Source of the DNA: Eledone cirrhosa
Lineage: Eukaryota
Assembly (NCBI GenBank): GCA_964016885.1
Contig: OZ024741.1
Span: forward strand, 66,278,001-66,342,000
Direction: 5' to 3'
Length of the DNA stretch: 64,000 nt
The notes under the pieces: model-generated
What the model was told of the DNA's origin: nothing
Database searches by the model: none
Seen by the model: only the letters and a program-made list of their open reading frames with translations
Shown here: in pieces, positions 62,769 to 64,000 of the stretch
Layout: each line of letters begins with the position of its first letter
Numbering within the stretch: position 1 is the stretch's first letter
Program-made: the position numbers and the translations under genes

Positions 62769-64000
62769 TCTATAATATTGGTGATTATAGAGGAGTATTC
62801 CAATATTATTTTTGGTAAGGTAAGAGAAGCTCTATCCTCAATCCATCAGTTTAAAAAAGAAGAAAAAGTCAACGAAAGGTATGACCTTGAGCCAATCTTC
62901 TGCGAAACGTGCATAACAAGTTGATACACAATAATAATCTAATACATGTAAACGAAACTTCCTCGTTTTTTTTCTGATATATATATAAGAAAAAAACGAC
63001 CATTCTTTAATGTCTATGTCCGTTGTTAACCTTGATCTTTTATCATATCGAATATTAATGCTCTGCTACCTAAACTGTCCCCAACGAGAACTTTAACTTT
63101 AACTTTCGATGACTTTTTCGTCTATTTTAAACTGATGATTTTAGTGTGCATAGAGCTTCCCTCACCTTACCAAAATTAATATATATATATATATATATAT
63201 ACATGTGTGTGCATGTATGTACCCGTAACTCTTGATGGAATCGAAGGGGCGTTGTCGTGACATTAGGCAAAGCTCATCCCTCTCCAAATATGAACACAGC
63301 CAGAGAAGGGGAGAGATGAAGTGAGAAAGAGATACGGCGGGATGAATCGACTGGCATTTTTTAAATCAACTTCGAAAGGAAAAAATGCAAAGTTGACCTT
63401 GGTGGAATTTGAACTTAGAGAGTGCCGGAACGAATACCGCAAAGCAATTTAACCGACGTTCTAACGACTCCGTCAATTCACCACTTTAACACTTCTCAAT
63501 GATGTTAAGTCGGAAAAAAGGGGAACATTCTAAATCTATAAGTACGGTTTAACGAGGGATCACTATACACCCCAACCATACATTGTGAATAATTGTTTTC
63601 TTTTATAGAATTATTAACTGATAGCAACAAACATTAAACTACATTTTAAAACTACGACAGGTTACGTTGACACGAGATTTTAGCAGTAAAAAATTAGAAA
63701 CAACGATCAGGACATTTGTCACCGATTGTGTGGCGGTTTGCGTCTCTTTCGCTGCAGGTCAGGCATCGAACTGGCTGATAATCATTTCGTGTTTTAGACA
63801 CATCCCAGTTTCCATGTTTAATATATCTAAGACAACATTATCTAACTTGTCTTTAGATATATCTAAAGGCGGTAGGGTGTGATTTGAAAGACATTTGACA
63901 GCTATTTCTAGCAAATTCAGTGGTCACGTAGAAGTTCACTCACCGGCTTGTGCGTGGCACTGTTTTGTCACGGTGTTGATATACATATATATATATATGT

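Overview
AT-rich, microsatellite-dense animal genomic DNA. The repeat families resemble those of octopus/coleoid cephalopods, but this is an inference. One host gene is supported: an 8-exon UBE3D-like (HECT_2) E3 ubiquitin ligase on the + strand (3007-25787, 454 aa) with all splice phases consistent. The rest is mobile DNA. It includes tRNA-derived SINEs, hAT/piggyBac/mariner-type MITEs, two solo-LTR-like elements, and RTE LINEs, one with an intact 1057-aa ORF nested in an internally deleted Helitron. The better-preserved RTE copies carry a C4HC3 PHD-like finger inside the RT region. There is also a second, non-autonomous composite Helitron and several Penelope-like elements (PLEs). The most unusual signal is a dense set of fold-back palindromes, mostly beside (TA)n tracts and from unrelated sequence families. 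Many carry hammerhead-ribozyme cores, often on both strands, including variant cores (CUGAAUGA, UUGAUAA, very long stem II). They share a short GAGTGCT motif in their unpaired tail, and they look like PLE terminal-repeat derived, ribozyme-bearing non-autonomous units. All calls were made by eye. Repeat boundaries are approximate.
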